Assembly (NCBI GenBank): GCA_048772705.1 | Contig: JBLWGC010000220.1 | Span: 1 to 54,642 of the forward strand | Direction of reading: 5' to 3' | From: Leidyana gryllorum EB-2025a | Lineage: Eukaryota > Protista > Apicomplexa | DNA length: 54,642 nt | Part shown: piece after piece, positions 49,852-54,642 of the stretch | Layout: each line of letters begins with the position of its first letter | Numbering within the stretch: the first letter of the stretch is position 1 | Made by a program: the position numbers and the translations under genes | Notes under the pieces: generated by a model | Told to the model about the DNA's origin: nothing | What the model saw: the letters and a program-made list of their open reading frames with translations, nothing else | Database searches by the model: none

Positions 49852-52776
49852 TCAATCCATTGGATCAGCTACTACCCAGCACGCTACTACGGTGATGTCG
49901 TCCATCTTGCCTCCGGTATTCATAACTTGGCAGCCTGCACTGCGGGCAGCTTTGGCAAACGGGGTACGAGCCCGAGGGTCGAGGGATCGGTAGAAGGCGG
50001 CCTCCGCTAATCCCTTAGCAACAGCCTAATTAAGAAAGACAAGAGATTCATCAGTAGGGTAAACAATTGACGGGATATCTGGGTTTCGAGCTTCCAGTAA
50101 TATTCGGGGCAAAGATAACTTACCGATGGGGGAGTCGCGATTCCGAATTCGTCGGTTGTAATTGGAGGCTCCACTGCCAGGGGGTGAGGCAATCCACCCG
50201 ACACCCAAGCTTCGGTAACTCTTCGCGCCGAACTTAGTTGAGGCGACATGGGGTCAGCTTTGACCATCGGTTCTGGGGACATGTCGCTCCCAGAGTCCGC
50301 ACTGGCGGGGTCCGATAAGTTGTTCCCCCGAAAAAATAGTTTAGATTCATACGGGCTCAGGCACAGTGAAGCCAAGTATATGATCTCGGAGTCAAACAGA
50401 TTGTCAAATAACCCATCAGTACCCAGAATAACGAGGTCTCCTTCTCGTACTTTGAGGTCATACAGAGAAGCCATCTCGGGTGAATCTGTAGTTACTCCAG
50501 GCTTCAAATTATTGATCACTCTGTGGATAAGTCAAAGGATATAAATAGCGCCTCTCGACACCCACACACTCTGTCACCTCACCTTGTCAACGCGTACAAT
50601 CCGCGTTTCTCCAATAACGGAATGTCCTTCTTTTCCGGGACTTTTGAAAGTTGATACGGGCAATTGAAGAAGTGTTGCTGTTCACGAGTGCGCTTCGCAA
50701 TCGTCATATGCCGGAACAAGTGGGGAGATCGTCTGCAAAGGTTAGTGAACATAAATCACTTTTCGAGACACCGGAAATGCCATAATAGCACACATTGCAA
50801 ACGAATCAGACCGCATCATAGATGGCATCTGAAAGGCTCACCGGAGAACTATACACGAGGAATCGCCCAAGTTTGCGACACCTAATGTCCCGCCTTGGGC
50901 GTCGAGCCCCGCTACAATTGAAGTTGAGCTCCCGAAACAATCTTCAGCTTTTGAGGCCCGTGCAAAGCCTGCTCGCAAGACCGACAATGCTCGCAGCGAC
51001 GCTCGTGTGGCATCGTTAGAATGACTATGCCAATAAGGCAATCTATCCGCCTCTGACCGAGATCCAGCCATTAGCTCGCACGCGAATTGCCGAGGGCAGC
51101 AGTCGTATTCGCCCCATTCTCCCACTCCGTCGGCAACTCCAGCAAAGGAAAATCTCTCGCCTTCTTGATTGTGAAAGTAGGCATCTTCCCCTCCATTCAG
51201 CTTTCCAGGTCGCGCAATAGTGCAAGCCCCGCACACTAAGCGCATATGTTGACTGCAAGGACCAGGTAAGCCTCTGGGAGGCGAGTCAGCTGAGTCTGGG
51301 GACGTGGAAGGCGAATCTTCAGAATCAACATGCTTCATCAAGCCTGTAAAGTATTGAAACATTTTCAGTCTGGCCTCTATCTGTTGGCCATTAGTCAGCT
51401 TGTTAACCACAAAGTCTGGCCATCGCTCTTGTGAGCCACCTAGAGCAGCACTTGAGAAAGATCCGGCCGTTAATGGAGTGAAGGAATAAGGGCGTCGGCT
51501 CCGAAACCTTTCGATAGCCTTCTCTTTTCCTCGATCCAGATTAGGATCTAGGCTATCTTCCTCTTCAGAGTCACCAAGTAATGACGCGTCATGAAGATGC
51601 GCCTGTTGAGCTTTCAACCAATATCAGATGCTCACCTCACCCCAACGCCAAGACTGAAACTCTTTCTCCGCTGACGTTCTTCCCGCCCATGTCGGACTCG
51701 TTGCTCAAACAATATCTTCAAACTGATCGGTGATCGAAGGTACGACAGCACAGATACGAACTATCCCCCATTTGCCCAGCGAAGAGAAGAGAAGAGAAGA
51801 GTACAGCAACAGAATGGAGAAGAGAAGCTGGCTGCTGAGCTGGGCAACCGGCCACCACAGTCATATGCAACACTCACTATGCCTCGTTGGCGATGCAAAC
51901 ACATCGAGTGCCAATACTCACACACATAGCAACGTGCACATTTCCATCGAGATGCTTGCAGGGCAGTGGTGATAATGCTGTCAGGGGCAGGGCCACACAG
52001 CCGCTTGATGGATACTTCGAGCCCGTCGCGAACAAAGATCAAACACACACGGAGACACGGAAACACGGAAACATCAGGAAGCATATGCAACAGACATATC
52101 ACGTTCCACAGGCGAAGGAAAGAGCAGCAGTAACGAAGTGATGACGGATAGGGCGTATCTCGGTCGCTTACTCGTTCAAGCCCTCTGTTGATTGCGATTT
52201 TTTCGCATCGAATCGATTGATGCGATACCATTGGCCAGGTCCCGGCTGATCCCGACACACGACACGCTGCAAGCCCAGCTCCTCAGGAGAGAGAAGGAGC
52301 CCAGATGGTACCCCGGCAAACCGACGGCGACCGTGCCCGTCGACTGACGACACAGCATTATATGCGAGAGAAGTCCAATAGTAATCATTATCAAGGCAGA
52401 GAGCCGAAAAGATAAAAATTGTGTAGAGCACCATTAACACGCTGCGCTCGTGACCACCACGCTTTGGAACGCTGTAGGAACAGAAGGATACCGTTCCGGT
52501 GGCAAATAATACTTTGGTAGGAGAGAACGGGCACGAATGGTGTGAGTTCTTACCTTGTGAACTCGGATCAGGTGGGCTTCGTAAGATTGCTGGAGTGGTC
52601 ATGTCACCGCCGTGGTGGTGAGCAGCACTACACCATTGGTGGCTCTGCCAATTTATACACGCTGGTTCGATGGGGGCTTCATGATGGATCTTAGCAGGCG
52701 AGGGCATCGACAACTCCCCGGCTAGCTTAGACCCCAGCTGAGCCAGCTCGGGACTTGAGGACATTCGCTTCAGCAT
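49852..52776 (-). CDS. PTC7-like PP2C (PPM) protein phosphatase, multi-exon; 5' extent uncertain
   Basis: GGEDAYF, GVADGVGEW, GSST, VANLGDS, EQQHFFNCPYQL, ILGTDGLFDNL, TPF, GGKMDDITVV; stop TGA at 49852-49854. Linking the 52168-52776 ORF as the N-terminus is inferred. Confidence 0.8.
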
Positions 52777-53213
52777 GCTGTTCAGTGTATGTGTGATCGA
52801 TCGATGGGTGGAGTGTTAGATCGGGGATTCTCACCCAAGAGCACCTCGTGTTTGAACCACGACAGCCTCTAAACGTGGAGATCCATCTTCAGCTGGAGAA
52901 CTCTCTGCAGCACTGGACAGACAGGCGACCGCAGCATCGTGGATTTCACGTAGGAGGCGGGAATTGGACAGTCGGCCGTTGACAGCAGGGATGGGAATAG
53001 TTAAGGACATTGCGTCAACTCAAAAAGTGGTCCGGAAGGATGTCGCTGCAATGTCCTAGGTGTGTATCGATCGAAAAATGAGTGCTCCTCAAAGCTTAAT
53101 TGTACACAGTTATTGATGTTTCTGGTAACGAACGCACTCTTTTCGCACTGTTCCTAAGGCAAACGCTCATCAGAGACGGCGAGCAACCCAGCGGCAATGA
53201 AATTGGCAGAAAG

Positions 53214-53713
53214 CTAGCAGGTAATGATGAGAAACCCGTCGTCAGGCAGAAACGACCCCACAAAGAGCAGTCCACCGACAATCAGAATGACAAAGACACT
53301 CGGGGTTTCTACATGCGATGGCTGGGGCCCGGTCGGCCGTGACCATGGGGGCGGCCGGTGCTATCCAACACGCAGCGGACTTGGAGTGAACCTGCAGGTC
53401 CCTTGGACCCCCTCAGCTGGAACGACGGATATTAGGCAGGCAGAACGCTGTTCGGACCTACCGGAATGTCACCGCGCCAGTCCTGCATCTGCTTGATGTA
53501 ACTGACCGCCAGTTCACCCATTGCCACCGGGTCGGAGCCTTTGCCTTTCACTTTGAAATAGAGAATGGGCTCGGCGTCATCACAGTCCGCTAAGAAGAAG
53601 GTCTCGTTCCACTCGATGGAAGTGCCGTCGAGTTTCACACCAGCAGTCTCAGCATGAGCTTGACCACATACGATCTGCACTCGAGAAGGCTGGAAAAGGG
53701 GAAGATCGCCCAA
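53214..53713 (-). CDS. C2-domain protein (partial model; 5' exon not resolved)
   Basis: IEWNETFF, LYFKVK, MGELAVS; a spliced continuation WRGDIP|LRGSKGPAGSLQVRC followed by a hydrophobic segment. Confidence 0.55.
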
Positions 53714-53905
53714 TAATCAACAAACACATCGATCTTACACTCTCCTTCTTGTCCAGATTGGAGCCCGAAAAGATACTGACTTCCAGACCGAAAGGCATTT
53801 CCTTTTATTCTTCTCCCTTTATATATTCCACAACACTCGCTAGGTGTGTGATAACAAAGATTTGGGAGACGGGACAACTATTAGTACCTGTGTCCCTTCA
53901 TCACA

Positions 53906-54642
53906 ATGAAGCTCATCGGCCTTATCATCTGCAAATGCTACCCCGAGGACCCCAAGCCTATTTTCTTGTGTATGACACATAGGGTTTCCTCGTGAGCAAT
54001 GAGTGACATGAGGCGATCGATAATACACGAATGCTTCACCACAGCTTTCCTATTCTCCAGCGGAATGCCGTCAAGGACGTGTCCAAGTTTTTGTGCCGTC
54101 AAATCGTCCCGAAAACCCAGGTTGGTAAACGAGAGCAAATCACCCATCAAGAGTATCGTGTAAATGTCGCCCGCTGGGCTGATGGCCTCGCAGTCTGCAT
54201 GCTCACCGACCATGACTATCCTGGTGAGTTGTGCGCCAAGCCTATTTATGTATTCAATTGACAATTGACCAACAGCACGAGTGGCATTCCAATGCCTGAC
54301 AGTGGTCCACAACGACTTCAGAGTGAAGGTGCCAGAAGGATTATACAAATCCATCACTGAAGACAATGCCGCATCCAGCTACAAACCATTTTTGAAGAAC
54401 TTCGCTGAGCAATTCGCTAATCCGCGCGACTTTGATGCGGTCACAAATGTGCAGGGGAAGGTTGATGAAACTAAAGTAAGCTGTTCTGCAGTCGATCGAA
54501 CACGCGTGTGCTCGTCTCCAGGAAATTATGCAGAAGAACTTGGAACAGGTGTTGGGTAATTATCAACAGATGGAAGGATTATTGGAGCAGTCTGAGGATT
54601 TGTCGGCCAACACACAACAAATGTTCAAGCAGAACAGTTTGT
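53906..54642 (+). CDS. YKT6: Longin R-SNARE Ykt6 (introns 53992-54044, 54224-54275, 54476-54521; truncated by window end)
   Basis: MKLIGL..., SSFPILQRNAVKD, TDHDYPARVAF, FANPRDFDAVTNVQGKVDETK align with Ykt6 (SSFSFFQRSSVQE, ADNEYPSRVAF, YQNPREADPMTKVQAELDETK). Confidence 0.88.

Overview
Eukaryotic, extremely compact genomic DNA with short (mostly 37-59 nt) GT-AG introns. The apicomplexan-type hexokinase motif (WTKGFETGRxTxDxVEG), the gene density and the gene content point to an apicomplexan, most plausibly a gregarine; this is inference. The left ~30 kb is an accessory island. It starts with two tandem Gly/Pro micro-ORFs. These are followed by eight head-to-tail, intronless, minus-strand orphan genes sharing a fixed-length N-terminal leader (MRPP...[LIV]PC[VIL][LV]AS) and falling into two families by C-terminal domain. 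One of them carries ~85 copies of a 33-bp repeat, and another is split in frame by an intact Ty3/gypsy LTR retrotransposon (identical 179-bp LTRs, TCTC target-site duplication). The right ~24 kb holds a secreted SusB-like GH97 protein whose catalytic glutamates appear lost, a third Gly/Pro micropeptide, and a secreted integrin-beta-like vWA mucin. It also holds housekeeping genes: class III ADH, a ubiquitin-like protein, MTAP, CutC, two tandem hexokinases, adenylate kinase, a PTC7-like PP2C, a C2 protein and Ykt6 (runs off the window end). No rRNA, tRNA or CRISPR was seen. All homology calls are from motif recognition by eye, not from database searches.
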